Shown: positions 45,469 to 59,296 of the stretch, piece by piece
Layout: the number at the start of each line of letters is the position of its first letter
Numbering within the stretch: the stretch's first letter is position 1
NCBI GenBank assembly: GCA_951406725.2
Contig: OX597818.1
Coordinates: 8,184,001-8,248,000, forward strand
Origin: Octopus vulgaris
Taxonomy: Eukaryota
Length of the DNA: 64,000 bases
Direction of reading: 5' to 3'
The notes under the pieces: model-generated
What the model saw: only the letters and a program-made list of their open reading frames with translations
Databases searched by the model: none
Told to the model about the DNA's origin: nothing
Translations under genes and position numbers: made by a program

Positions 45469-47625
45469 TGAACAAAAAGGGTGCCGCCGAGGCTCTTACG
45501 GATGCAAAGATCAACTGCTAATCAATCGTATGATCCTTGAGAACTGTCACAACAAGCGCAGAAATCTCAGCACCGCACGGATTGACTATAAAAAGGCCTT
45601 CGACAGTATACCGCATCCATGGATCTTGAAATCGCTGGACATCTTCAAAATTTCCCCTGTGATTTCAAACTTCCTGAAGCACAATATGTCGTTGTGGAAT
45701 ACGAATCTCCAATTATACCACTCTAATGGAGTACTTGCCTCAGAAAATATAAACATCAACTGTGGAATTTTTCAAGGTGACTCACTTTTACCTTTAATAT
45801 TCTGCATAGCCCTAATACCCCTTACAAGTGAATTAAACAGAACAGGGTATGGGTATAAAATTGCCAATAAAAAAATAAGCCATCTATTTTATATGGATGA
45901 CTTAAAACTTTATGGTAAAGACAATAATGAACTTGAAGGCCTATTGCGCACCGTGAAAGCATTCAGCGATGACATCGGGATGGAGTTTGGACTTGAGAAG
46001 TGTGCCAAGGCCACTTTCCAGAAAGGGAAAGTGAAGACCACAAATTCAGTCGTGTTAGATGTTGACACAGTCATAAGAGAGCTTGAGCAAGAACAAACAT
46101 ACAAATATTTAGGGATAAATGAAGGCTCTGGTATTCAGCATGCAAGCATGAAAGAGAAAATCAGGAAGGAACGTTATAGGAGAGTTCGTGCAGTCCTGAA
46201 ATCTGAACTAAATGCACGTAACAAGGTGTTAGCTATAAATTCCTTAGCAGTTCCAGTTGTTACTTATAGCTACAATGTGTTGAACTGGAATATGAGTGAA
46301 GTAAAGAAAATAGATAGAAAAATACGCAAGCTGCTGAGTTGTAATAGGATGCACCACCCAAAGGCAGACGTAGATCGCCTTTACCTTCCCAGAGCCCAAG
46401 GAGGTCGAGGCCTGATCCAATTTGAACTAGCTTACAAAGCAACCACAATTGGACTGGCCAAATATCTCGAAATATCGAATGACTGGATGCTAAAGCTCGT
46501 GGAAAATCACGAGAGACGAAAGAAGCTTCATTCTACCATAAAGGAAAGCAAAAAATTTGCTATTGATCTCGTGCAGGATACCCAAACTGAACAACCCGAG
46601 GGAAGTACGGCAACTATTGTTGCAAAGAAGGTGAAATGATGGCAATGAAAAAAGCGCACGAGCAATTGGCTGATAGGTGGGAGGAGAAACCTCTGCACGG
46701 CAAATATGTGACCCGCAGCAAACAAGCTGATGTTGACCAGAAGCAAACCCATCAGTGGCTGCGGAGCTCAGGGCTAAAAGCAGAGAGCGAAGGTCTCATC
46801 CTGGCTGCTCAAGATCAAAGCCTATTAACTCGGAACTACCAGGCCAATGTGATGAAAAATGGAGCAGACCCAAAATGCCGATTCTGCAACGACATGATTG
46901 AAACAGTGGACCACCTAATCTCTGGATGTAAAGTCTTAGCACCAGTGGAGTATGAATTAAGACATGACAGAGTTGGCAAATATCTCCACTGGCTAATAAG
47001 TCGGCATTACAATATCAAAAGTGCCGACAAGTGGTATAATCACCACCCTGAGGCTGTAACTGAAGGAGAAAATGTAACCATTCTGTGGCACTTTCCAGTA
47101 CATACAGACCGAACCATCAAGGCCAATTAACCAGATATTGTTGTGAAAGACCAAAACAATAAAGTTTGCTTATTGATCGACATGAGGATCCCCTGTGATC
47201 ATAATATCTCAGCGAAAGAGTTTGACAAGCTCAGAAAATATAAAGACCTACTCATTGAAATTGAGAAAATGTGGCATCTGAAGGCGGTTACAATACCAGT
47301 GATCGTAGGAGCACTAGGAATGATCAAGAAGGGAACCGAAAATTATATGAGAATGATTCCTGGCTTACCATCCCTGCAAGAAGTGCAAAATATTGTCTTA
47401 ACTGGTACATCACACGTATTGAGAAGAGCATTGTCTATGTGAGAACTGTTGCTGCTCATGTATTTTAATTTAACTTTAAAAAAAAAAAAAAAATTAACGA
47501 ACTACTGAGTTTGGTTTAATGGCCTACCAATGCATACTATGAGTTTCTTTGCCCTAGGAGTCGGGAAGACACTCGGCAAGAAATGGAAGCAAATTTGAAA
47601 GAAGAAAAAAAAATAAGAAGAAGAA

Positions 47626-47626
<1 letters not shown>
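45469..47626 (+). mobile_element. Youngest R4/Dong-clade copy (RT + CCHC + restriction-like endonuclease), 5'-truncated
   Basis: DYKKAFDSIPH, GIFQGDSL, LFYMDDLKL, CRFC..ETVDHLISGC, PDIVV..CLLIDMRIP..EFDKLRKYKDL; one frameshift (~46636) and one stop (47128); (AAT)n tail. Confidence 0.95.
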
Positions 47627-47686
<60 letters not shown>

Positions 47687-47700
47687 TAATAATAATAATA

Positions 47701-49560
47701 AAGGTTGAACAAGCACCTGGACGAAAACAGCCTGTTTCCAGAAGAGCAGAAAGGATGCCGCAAAGGCTCATACGGCTGTAAAGATCAACTAATGATCACA
47801 GAAAGAAGAAAGGCCTCAGTATTGCCTGGATTGATTACAAAAAGGCGTTTGATAGCATCCCCCACACATGGATCCTCCAAACACTAGCCATTAACAAAGT
47901 AGCACCAACAATTATAAAATTCATTGGGCACTTTATGAATAAATGGCAAACAGTGCTACAGCTCCAAACAAAAGAGGGACTCATGAAAACCAAAGCCATC
48001 CCCATTAGAAGAGGAATATTCCAGGGAGACACGCTCTGTCCACTCCTTTTCTGCTTGGCACTGTCACCTATATCTGATATGCTAAATAGAACTGGATGCG
48101 GATATAAATGTTACGGCAAAACGATCAGCCACCTTTTATATATGGATGACCTAAAACTATACGCTGCAAATGACAAACAGCTGGAAACACTATTAAAGAC
48201 AATTCATGGATTTACCAAAGAGATGGATATGAAATTTGGATTAGAAAAATGCGCCAAAGTAACCCAGAAAAGAGGAAAACTAGTTAAGAGTAGCAACATC
48301 ACACTAGATAAAACCAATGAAATAAAAGAATTAGACCAAAGCCAAACTTACAAATACTTAGGAATCCATGAACTAGATAAGACACAACACACACAAATGA
48401 AAGAGAAAATAAGAAAAAGAATATTATAGACGAGTTAGATCAATACTAAAATCAGAGCTCAATGCTAAAAACAAGATAATAGGTATTAACACTTTAGCTG
48501 TCCCAGCTATAAGTTACAGCTACAATATCTTTAACTGGACATTAATGAACTGACCAAAATAGACAGGAAAACAAGAAAAATAATGACAGGATCTAGGATG
48601 CATCACCCAAAATCTGACATAGAAAGACTACGTATACAACGTATAGAAGGTGGTAGAGGCCTTATACAGCTGGAAAACTACTATAAAATAACCACCATAG
48701 GACTGCAAAAATATCTACTTCAGAAGGAAGGAAAACTGATACAAATAGCGGCAAAACACGAGCAAAACAAAAAACTGTTCTCAGTATTTAAGGAAGCTGA
48801 CAAATACAAACAAGAAATCATACCACCTAACAAACATAAAGAAGAAGAAGAAGAAGAAGAAGAAGAAGAAGAAGAAGAAGAAGAAGAAGAAGAAGAAGAA
48901 GAAGAAGAAGAAGAACAAGAAGAAGAAGAACAAGAAGAAGAAGAAGAAGAAGAAGAAGAAGATGAAGAAGAAGATGAAGAAACAACAAAAGCTATAAAAC
49001 AAATGAAATCCAAACTAAAACTAGAACAGCAAAGAACCATGTTAAAACGATGGCAAGAAAAACCCCTTCATGGTAAATACTGGACTAAACTAAATGCAAA
49101 AGAAATAGACAAAGAAAAATCCCAGCAATGGTTGAGAAGCTCAGGACTCAAAGCAGAAACAGAGGGATTTTTAATTGCAGCACAAGACCAAAGCCTCCCC
49201 ACCAGAAATTACCAAAAACTTGTAATGAAAAGAAATATAACAAGTAACTGCAGAATATGTGGAGATGGACAAGAAACAAGAAATCATATTATCTCTGGCT
49301 GCCCAGTCCTGGCTAAGAAGGAATATATTCACAGACATGACAGAGTTGGAACCTACATACACTGGAACCTATGCCAACATTATGGAATGACAACAGAAAA
49401 AAGATGGTAAAGGCACACACCAGAAAAGGTCACAGAAAACGAGAAAGCAACCATACTCTGGGATATGCCGATACACACAGATAGAGAAATTAAGACCAAC
49501 AGACCAGATATAGTTGTCAGAGATCATGAAGAAAAAAAATGCTTTCTAATTGATGTATCA
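47701..49560 (+). mobile_element. R4/Dong-clade copy with in-frame (GAA)n expansion
   Basis: GIFQGDTLCP, LLYMDDLKL, WLRSSGLKAETEG, CRICGDGQETRNHIISGC, RPDIVV; flanked by (AAT)n. Confidence 0.93.
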
Positions 49561-49583
49561 ATAATAATTATAATAATAATAAT

Positions 49584-49760
49584 AGGGCAGTACCCAGTTT
49601 GACGGTTGCAAAAGATTTGCCTCCTTGGCACGAACAGAGTAATCAGGATTGTACTAGATAGCTTAAAAGAACAAACGGCATGGTGCCGTAGCCTGCAAGT
49701 AGTAAGCCTACTACGAATGCAAGACTCCAAGATCTCCAACAGAAACTGTAATAAATAGAT
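49584..49760 (+). mobile_element. 3' end of another R4/Dong family
   Basis: LQKICLLGTNRVIRIVLDS plus UTR homologous to 54340-54510. Confidence 0.75.
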
Positions 49761-49769
49761 GGGGAATAT

Positions 49770-51431
49770 CATAGCCCTGTGCTGAGAGGAATTCTTTGGG
49801 AGTTTGGATAATTCACCTTTGTAAAAATCGATATTTCGTTCAACATTCTTGAACAACCCTTATTCAGTGATCTTTTGGGTAGGATGAGCTACTCGACTGG
49901 AAAAAAATTCTAACTGGGCCCTGCTAATTATCACCATGTCGCGCACATATGTTTTAGATGCACGTTCCTAGCATACCCTTATCAGACGGGTATTCATGAT
50001 GGGTGTACTGCGCATCGCATATTTTACCTATGTCACTTTAATGGCATGCTCTGCTCTCTCGCTTAATAATAATAAAGTTTTTGTTGGTATAAAAGATGGG
50101 CTACAGCAAATATTCTGCTCAATATCACAGATTTGCTTGTCAGTTCTTTTAACCTTACCAGTTGAACATGTTACTTAGTTGCTGGACATATGTGTATCTC
50201 TGATCAGGGGCAGAAGTAGTGGGGAAGCATCATAGCCATGTGTTGAGAGGAATTCTTTGGGGTTTGGATAATTTACCGCTGGAAACATGGGTGTTTCGTT
50301 CAATATCTTTAAACATCCGTTTTTCATGGAGCTTTTGAGTGGGATGGGCTACTCGACCTGAATAAAATTCTAACTAGGCCGCCACCTACAAAATCATGCA
50401 CTGTTGATCTTGATATGAGATCATTATGTTGGGCACATATGTTTGTGATGCATGTGCCTGGTGTACCTTTGTCAGATGTGCAGTCATGATGTATATACTG
50501 GGTGTCGTATATTTTACCGTAGTGTCACTTTGATGACATGTGCTGCTCTCTCAAGCAATAATAAAAATGATAATAATCCTTTGAACTACAGTCATAAGGC
50601 CTGGAAGTTAAGCGGACGGGTAGTCTATCACTTCGATTCCAGTACTTAAGTGGTACTTAATTTATTGAATCGAAATGATGAAAGCCAATTCGACCGCGTG
50701 GAATTTGAAATCAGAAAGTTAAGACAGGTGCATTATCACAAACATTTCGCTCTCTGTGCAAACAATTGTGCCAGATCACCGCCTGATAACAACATCCGCA
50801 ACAACAAAACCAACAACAACAACAACAGCAACAACAACAACAACAACAACAACAACGATGATGATGATGATCAATGCCCTGATGCAGTACCAGGCAGTGG
50901 CTCTCATGGCTTCTGATCTTAACTGATTGGAAGTGTTATCATGTACATTGTTTTGTCTTGGTATAAAAGATGGGCTACAGCAAATATTCTGCTCAATACC
51001 ACAGATTTGCTTGTCAGTTGTTTGACCTTAACCAGTTGAGCATGTCCCTTAGTGGCTGACGATATGTGCATCTCTGATCACGAGCAGAAGTAGTGGGGGA
51101 GCATCATAGCCATGTGTTGAGAGGGATGCTTTGGGGTTTGAATAGTTCACCTCTGGAAACATGGGTGGTTCTTTCAACATCCTTAAACAACCCTTATTCG
51201 GGGACCGTTTGAGCGGGATGGGCTACTCAACCTGAAGAAAATTCAAACTGGGCCCCACCTGCAAGGTCATGTGCTGTTTATCTTGATATGAGATCACCAT
51301 GTCGCGCACATATGGTTGTGATGCATGTGCCTGCTGTACCTTTATCAGACGGGTAGTCATGATGGGTATATTGGGCTTCGTATATTTTACCCCAGTGTCA
51401 CTTTGATGGCATGAACTGCTCTCTCACTCAA
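49770..51431 (+). repeat. Three copies (49770-50070, 50076-50560, 50872-51431) of a non-coding ~0.5 kb retro-element 3' segment, each ending ctgctctctc...(AAT)n
   Basis: Shared blocks catagccatgtgttgagagg, gggctactcgacc, caccatgtcgcgcacatatg, tgtcactttgatggcatg. Confidence 0.85.
50585..50785 (-). mobile_element. SINE family C, diverged
   Basis: ggtacttaattt..atgaaagccaattcgaccgcgtggaatttgaa..ccagatcaccgcc. Confidence 0.7.
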
Positions 51432-52079
51432 TAATAATAATAATAATAATAATAATAATTTTTAAAATGTTTAAGCGTTTCTATTACTTTCTAAGGTTCC
51501 CAAAACTACGATGCGATTTTCCATACATAGATCCTCTATCGAACGAACATGTGTAAACCTTTTTCTATTACTTTCTATGTTTACTAAAACTTTGAAATGT
51601 TTATAAATTTTTATATCTTAACTACGATAAATAGGTTCCTTTACCGTAAATACGATGTGGTATTTTATAGATACAATACTATCCTTTTTTTAAAGCTTTG
51701 AGTTATTCTTTATAAGTTTCTATATATCAGCAATGCTAGATCCCTCTTGTCGACGCTCCTCTCAGAAATAAACCAATCTACTGCCAGTCATATCAACTAG
51801 CAACCCAATGAAACAGCCTGTATTATTAGACACAACAATCCCTCTACTCTACTTAACGCGGAAGCATCACCAGTAGCTAAACAAACAACCGTAAATCTGC
51901 TATCATTTGTTGTCTAAAGAAATCAAGTGAGGCAATGTTAGGACCGCTAGACCTTATAGTAGTAATTGTGAAACTATAGTAGTGAACAAGTAAATAATAA
52001 GATAAGTAGTAATAGTAACATTATAATACTGAACGAATAAATAATTACCCAGATTGTTAATTACCCAGAATGAATAACA

Positions 52080-54520
52080 ATTGGCGTTGTGAAACCGTCG
52101 AGTCGGTGGCGACTAAACCACCAACACCACTAAGCTATGGTGAGGAGAATGGGTTTTCGACAAAACCCATAAAGGAGGGGAGGAACTCAGAATGGCCATT
52201 CTGAAAACGAGTAGACAGAACTCGAGAGCCTTGGTTGGCAGTCTGTCTAGGAGAAGGAATACATTGATTTAAACCTGGGGTAGATAGGACTCTCTAATCA
52301 CAGTGGTGACAACTTGTCTTGAACCGCAATTCGGGATTTAACTCCAGAGAAATATTTGGATGTAAAATACATAGCCGACTGACGTTCTCCTCTCTCCCAG
52401 TAAGAATCACGATCATTGTCCCCCAACACACAGAAATGTGAAGGGAACAGGCTCAACTTATGGGCAATAAGAGCTCTGCAGTCATGGTTGATAATCTTAC
52501 TCGAGATGGTGTCTCGATAAAAATACAGGTCGGTGGCTAACCTCAAAACACATAACTCAATGTTGAGTGAAAATGTCTAATACAAATGTATCAAATAATG
52601 GTGTTAATGACGATGAAACTAATGGTGAAAGCCACTCATCCAGCAGGTGCCCTATGGTTGAGTGGTACAAGCCCGGTTTTCATCCAGAGACTGCTTGTAC
52701 ACAAAACGAGAGGCAAAGAAGAAGGTGAGATAAGGAGGCAAACCGAAAGGTAACTGAATGTTGGATCAGGAGTGAACCCAGGGCATGGGATTCCGACAAC
52801 AAATGAAAGCAAAATGGAATGAAATAGGATTTTTCGAAACAAGCGAGAAACGGTTAGCCGATCAGGCATGAGCAATAAGAACAAAATGGTGGTTAACAGA
52901 CAAAGAAATGGAAGAGGGAAACAGGAAAGTAGAAGATAGAAATAAGGTTTCACCAACATATAACGTGCCCAGAAAGAACAGGAAATGAAAGGCGGCAATG
53001 AAGGTGTAGAGTAAGGTATAAATGTAAATGCATTCTCAGCAAATGAAGGAGTAATAGGAAGAGTTATATCAAAAGAATGTGATGATGGCCATAATGAGGA
53101 CGCTGTGCCGATATATTAGAGAATACCAGGATCAAGCACACACCAACCTGAGGGACATTGATCAAGGCAAGCTCAAAGCTGAATCCGAAAATACAGATTC
53201 GGTTCTTGGGCTAATTCAGACAAGAAATATAACTGAAATTAACAAGATTATTTGAGCTGCAGCTATGGTTGATGCTGATAGATTTGGATGAAAAAAACAA
53301 AAAAACAAAGAGAACGTAAAGAACCATACTTGCGTAGACGAATTTGTGAGAAACAAAGTTAAAAAGACATTTAGGACAAGTAGATAATTGAGAAGACAGC
53401 AATTGCAGAACGGAAACATAAGAATAATGCTGGAAAGAACATATAGAAGAAACCGAAACACATTCTATTCATGGACGACCTGAAGCTATTCACAAGCCTG
53501 AGGCAGAACTGGACAGCGGATTTTCTCTAATGACATTAAGATGGAGTTTGGACTATCAAAATGAGTCACAATTGTGATGAGACAGGGAAAGCTTGCCTGG
53601 ACAGAAGGCATATAGTTGCCAAATGGTGAAATGATGAAGGCAATTCAACCTCAATCCAGCTATAAATACCTGGGAATATTTCAGGCAAAAGGAATAAAAT
53701 ACCACATGAAGGAAAAAACAAAATAGAGAGTACTTCCAGGAAGTGAGAAGTATATTGGCTCCAATGCAGAAAGACAGAAACATAATTGCGGCAATAAACT
53801 CGAGCCAAGTCTCAGTAGTTCGGTATCGCGCAGGAATGTGGGCAGAAAATGAACTAAAGGAGAAGGACAGGAAGTCAAGAAAGCTTCTAATGATGCATGG
53901 AGCTCATTCATTGAAGTGCGCAGACATTGATCGCATATACATAAAAAGAGCAAATGGAGGAAGGGTACATATGTTAATGAGATACTTAGCCCAAAGTAAA
54001 GAAGCCTTGCTAGTGACAGTTAGGAACGAAGGAATACTGAGAGCAGAGAATAAAGGGAAAGCAAAGGAAGAAGTACACAAAGGCTATGAATAAGAGGTAC
54101 ACAAGAAGGGACTACACCATGAATTCCATGTGCACTACACATGCTATATAGTTGATGTTTCATGCTACATTGACCCAGGAATAGTCAAGAACGAAGGCGA
54201 AAATGTAGATACATACAGCCCTCTTATTACAGAAAAGTCCGGCTATGGAAAATGAAGGTGAAGATAGTGCCAATGAATGTTGGGTCCTTGGGAACACGAT
54301 CTGAAGTAATCGAAAGGAATATAAAGGAAATTGGAATAGATTGCCCAGTATAACTGCTACAAAAGTTTTGCCTCCTTGACATAGCCAGAATAATCAGGAA
54401 TGTATTAAATTGCTGAAAAGTAGGAGTAGCAAGGTACCATAGGCTGCAGGTAGTAAGCCCGCTACTCATGCAAGAGTCCAGGAGCTCAAACAAAACCAGT
54501 GATAGGGAGAAAAAGATAAT
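52080..54520 (+). mobile_element. Internally deleted R4/Dong-like element retaining a structured putative 5' UTR
   Basis: ILFMDDLKLF, MEFGLSK, YKYLGI, ADIDRIYIKRANGGR; 3' UTR like 49584-49760; hairpin-rich 52080-52550. Confidence 0.78.
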
Positions 54521-55723
54521 ATGAACAGCTATAAAAACAGCTATAGTTGATTGCGTAAGGGAATCAAGAACTAGTTTAATCCTTCATTCGGATTAAATCT
54601 TACAAGCGATACAGCCGCAAAATGTTTTAACACATTACATGATCCTTTTGCAGTATGCAGCCCGTACAGGAATGTATTTAACAGATTTGTTAAAGCTAGC
54701 CAAATCCTCAAAATTTGATATTGCCCAGCATATCGCTAGATTCAATAACAGAAAACATATACAGTCTATCCTCAAATCATATGACCCCTCAGGTTAATAA
54801 TCTAAATAATAGCATTCGTCCACCGAGATTTTATCATCAGAATAATAATGTGCATGTTTGCTGGGTAGTAAATGCGAGCACTCATTCAAGAAAATAAAGT
54901 CTGTAATTTCAGTAATATATCTTTGTGTCTGTTTTATGAATGTTGTTTTTGTATAAAAGTTATATACATTCACTGGGAAATATCTCTGTTTATATAATGG
55001 CTTCGGATAAATTGAATAAGTTTAAACGTATTAAAACCGTTTTCGCAGCGTTATTGATAGGAATAAAGCTAACTTCACATCTTCAGCTAATTTTCAATGG
55101 ATACTTGATCCTCCTTATATCTATACCGATAATTGAAGTAGTAACGTGTAATCTAGTGTGATATAGTTACTACTAGTTATTCTTAAATATAATCCCTTTA
55201 ATTTACTTTATTTTACTTATTTAAGCAGACATACATATGCATACGAATATGTATGTTTCGGTACGCGTAAGCACATTACAATCTCTTTTGGTCAATTTAT
55301 ATTATAATGATTGAAGTAGTGCAGGACTGTGTACAGTTATTTTTTCCCACGTTACTAAAAAATGTCATGTTACTTTGAAGAAATTATAAATGAATATTGA
55401 AACATTTTTAAACTATAAAGTTTATTTGTACATTAAACATAATTCAGATGCATAATATCACAAGATTCGTTTCAGTTTTAAATGTCAACTTCGTTTGAAT
55501 TCCATATGTAAGCAAATAGTTTTCTTCGCATTCGTAAAAAATGTAATAAAGCGAAAAAAGAACGACAAAGCAAGCGAGCAAATTATTTTAAAAAGTATTA
55601 CGTAGTGCAAAAACAATAACTCCTGTCTCATAGAATTAAGTTTTCAAATATTGTTTGACTGCGGAAATGCTGGGTTACCACCTTGAAAATATTTAGTCAA
55701 TAATATCATCTACCAACACAATT

Positions 55724-55787
55724 CTTCGCACATGGTCAGATGTATGTTGCATTATCAAGAGCGTCAAGAAAAGAAAATATAAAAATA
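55724..55787 (+). mobile_element. Fragment of a Pif1-type (Helitron) helicase, motif VI
   Basis: FAHGQMYVALSRASRKENIKIL. Confidence 0.75.
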
Positions 55788-57000
55788 CTAGCTTAAGGTG
55801 ACCCGCTCTACGCTCGTGTGGGGTTGTGGCTGTTACTTTCTATTGCTTCCTTTCTGCTTCTTACCACCACATTCTCCCTGTTTGTTTTTCTATCCTTTCT
55901 CATTTCCCCACTCTCTTACTCTTCCTTTCTCTCGGACTCTCCCTCGCTTTCTCTCACTCTTTATATTTATCTATTACTCTGCCATTTATAAAAAAATTAG
56001 ATTTCCGTGTTTAAATTACAAATCCGCTTCCACTTTACCACGTTGAAAATTTGATTGAAATCGGGCAAAAGTTGTCCAGTCTAGACCACCAAGTGTCCCC
56101 CAAAATCAATAAAATCCCAGTTTTCACACCAAAGCAACTACTGTAGCGCCACAAAACGTCTCCCTTTCAATTTCCCCCCTCAAGTTACCCCCTCCTGTAA
56201 ATTTGAGTCCCCTTCCAGCCCCATTTAGACCCCTTTTTACATAAAAATCCAATTTGTGTCTACGTTCGCCTTTTCATTTTATAGATAAGGTTAGATGCCA
56301 ATCGCGCCAATCTGGAGGGACTTAGAGCCCCCTTGAATCATCTCCCCATAGAAATCGCATCTTTCCAGATGGTGAGTTTTAACCTACTCAACCCACTACC
56401 TCATCATGCCCTCTATACCTGTGTCAGATTTCAGCTCAATCTGACCACTGGTGTGGCCGCCAACCTCTGACGTAGCAAAACGTGCACACAATTTTGACAC
56501 AAAGCCTCTTTTATATATATAGATAGCAGAGAAACCCGGTCTTGCTCGGGATTAAAATAGTTTATCATTGTTTTATTTGTTTCGGTTTTATAACTCGATT
56601 TTATTCGGGTCTACGCGGGCCATACTTTAAAGATGACGAATTTTGCCCTAGAGGCCATACCTTTCAATTGAGCAAACTCAGAGTTACCACACAAACTTGC
56701 CAGGACTTTTAACATAGGTGTACAAATTTTCAACTGAATCTTACCATATTTACTAACACTTTTGCCTGTATAACTGCTTGTGAGACAACGTATGGCCATT
56801 TCACAAATATGTAGTAGACCTACAGAGATACCCGACCTTACTTGGGATTAAAATGGCATAGTTTTTTCATTGTTTTACTTGTTTGGTTAATATAAGCCGA
56901 TTTCATTCAAAAAATAGTTACCCTGCAAACTCGCCTGCACTTTTAACATAGGTGTGCATATTTTCAGCTCAACCGACCACATAATGCACACATTATACAT
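55787..57000 (-). mobile_element. Nest of non-autonomous Helitron-like elements
   Basis: Minus-strand 3' hairpin + CTAG at 55787-55822; 5'-type TCTATA(TATA)TAAAA ends at ~56285 and ~56523; related 3' hairpins (cccgagcaagaccggg type) at ~56531 and ~56830. Confidence 0.7.
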
Positions 57001-57022
57001 ACATACATACATACATATATAT

Positions 57023-57075
<53 letters not shown>

Positions 57076-58070
57076 AATATATATACGCATTAAATATATA
57101 TATGTACATATATACGCATTATATATATATATATATAGGAATATATATACGCATTAAATATATATATGTACATATATACGCATTATATAAATACAAATGT
57201 ATACAAATTATATATATTTATTATATATATATATTTAAATACAGATATATACACTCTGTATATATACATTATATATAAATATTTATATATAGAACACACA
57301 CACATTTAAATTAACCCAATAAAGATCTGATTCATAATATTTGTTCTCATGATTGTGTTGTGGTAGTGGTGGCGATAATAATTCTCTCTATGAATGCAGA
57401 CAGACGTAGAGAGAGAGAGAGATTGGATGTGGGAGAAAAGAGTGAAAATGGCGGGGGAAAGATAGTTGACGCTGTCAAACGACGTTATAGACACAAAATG
57501 AAAGGAAGGGAGGAAGGAGAGAGAGACGGAAGAAGACAAGCAGATAAGAGAATGAGGGAAGACATGTCAAACTGTGCGTTTTTTCCCTAGTAACCAGACC
57601 TTTTAAGATAGGGATTTCTACCCTAGCGCACTCACATCCTCACCTCATTTTACATGTCCCTGTAAATTTTAGAGTCAATCCGACGGGATGTAGTGCCCTC
57701 TAACCCATTCCAATGCCAAAACCACACAAACAAACAAACTTTTCACATTTCAAATTTATAGATGTTAATTAACCGAGATAAATGAAACGGGTCCATTTGC
57801 TGACAGTTGTGTCTGCAAAAAATTTCTACAGTTATGTGAGACATTCATTACTCTCTTTTAATTGAAATGTATTCAAATTTCTTTTTAATTGCTAGGGAAG
57901 GGACACTAGAAACACTTAAGTGAATATAACGAAACAACGATATTGCAGAACTCACCTATTCATCATTGTAAACGTATCATGGATTATGTTGCTGATTACA
58001 GAATAAACTATAATAGTCTTTGTTGAACTGATGAGCATACTGTCAATTTACACTTTAATTTATGTATCAT

Positions 58071-58299
<229 letters not shown>

Positions 58300-58362
58300 T
58301 CGCCATGTTCGTTTGTTTTCCACCTGCCTTCGTCTTTTGTTTATTTTCATAAAGCTTCCCGT

Positions 58363-58393
<31 letters not shown>

Positions 58394-58530
58394 ATTCACT
58401 TTACTACACACCGAGCTTTTTAGAAATAGCAGCCAAAAATTTGGCTATTTCTTCTACTGCAAGAAAAAGTCTCCCAGACAATGCATACTCAGAAATAGGT
58501 ATAAGGGAAAGATCACATCCATATAAGATA

Positions 58531-58593
58531 CCCGAGGACAGCCTGTTTCTGGATTAGTGTATTAAACGCCAACATTTCCTTTATCAGCTCAGA
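58531..58593 (-). ncRNA. Hammerhead motif, mirror copy with G8A core change (probably inactive)
   Basis: CUGAG-CUGAUAA-...-GAAA-CAGGCUG-UC-CUCGG. Confidence 0.7.
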
Positions 58594-58932
58594 GATTTCT
58601 TCTGATTTAGATTTGAAAGTACTAAGAATCAAACATACCCGTCCGATATATGTATAACCGGACAAACCTTACATACCGAACACTGCACGGTCGAATTGAT
58701 TAATAATTAATTAATTCTACCCTTTTTATTGACAATATAATGCTTTCTCCCCAAGAATTTGAACTACAGTTTTGCCTTTGTAGGAATGCACTACTCTGTG
58801 ACTCACGTGGGTGGACAGGGAGAATACTAGATCTCATTTGTATTGGTGGTCTGGCATGGTTTGTCCGGTGTTACATATATCGGACGGGTATGTTTGATTC
58901 TTAGTACTTTCAAATCTAAATCAGAAGAAATC

Positions 58933-58995
58933 TCTGAGCTGATGAAGGAAATGTTGGCGTTCAATCCACTAATCCAGAAACAGGCTGTCCTCGGG
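58933..58995 (+). ncRNA. Type I hammerhead ribozyme, canonical core
   Basis: UCUGAG-CUGAUGA-aggaaauguuggcguucaauccacuaaucca-GAAA-CAGgCUG-UC-CUCGGG. Confidence 0.88.
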
Positions 58996-59189
58996 TATCT
59001 TATATGGATGTGATCTTTCGTTGTTTTTCCCTTATACCTATGTGAGTTATTTCTGAGTATGCATTGTCTGGGATACTTTTTCTTGCAGTAGAAGAAATAA
59101 CCAAATTTTTGGCTGCTATTTCTAAAAAGCTCGGTGTGTGGTAAAGTAAATTATTTTACTTTACCCTATTTTTATAAAGTATGTATATA

Positions 59190-59214
59190 TATAGATAGAT
59201 AGACAGATATATAA

Positions 59215-59292
<78 letters not shown>
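59190..59292. repeat. (AGAT)n microsatellite
   Basis: Direct inspection. Confidence 0.95.
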
Positions 59293-59296
59293 GTAT

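Larger units (their letters stand above)
58392..59155. mobile_element. Fold-back element with ~280 bp inverted arms, each carrying a hammerhead
   Basis: Arms 58392-58668 / 58858-59155, spacer ~190 bp; flanked by TA tracts. Confidence 0.85.
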
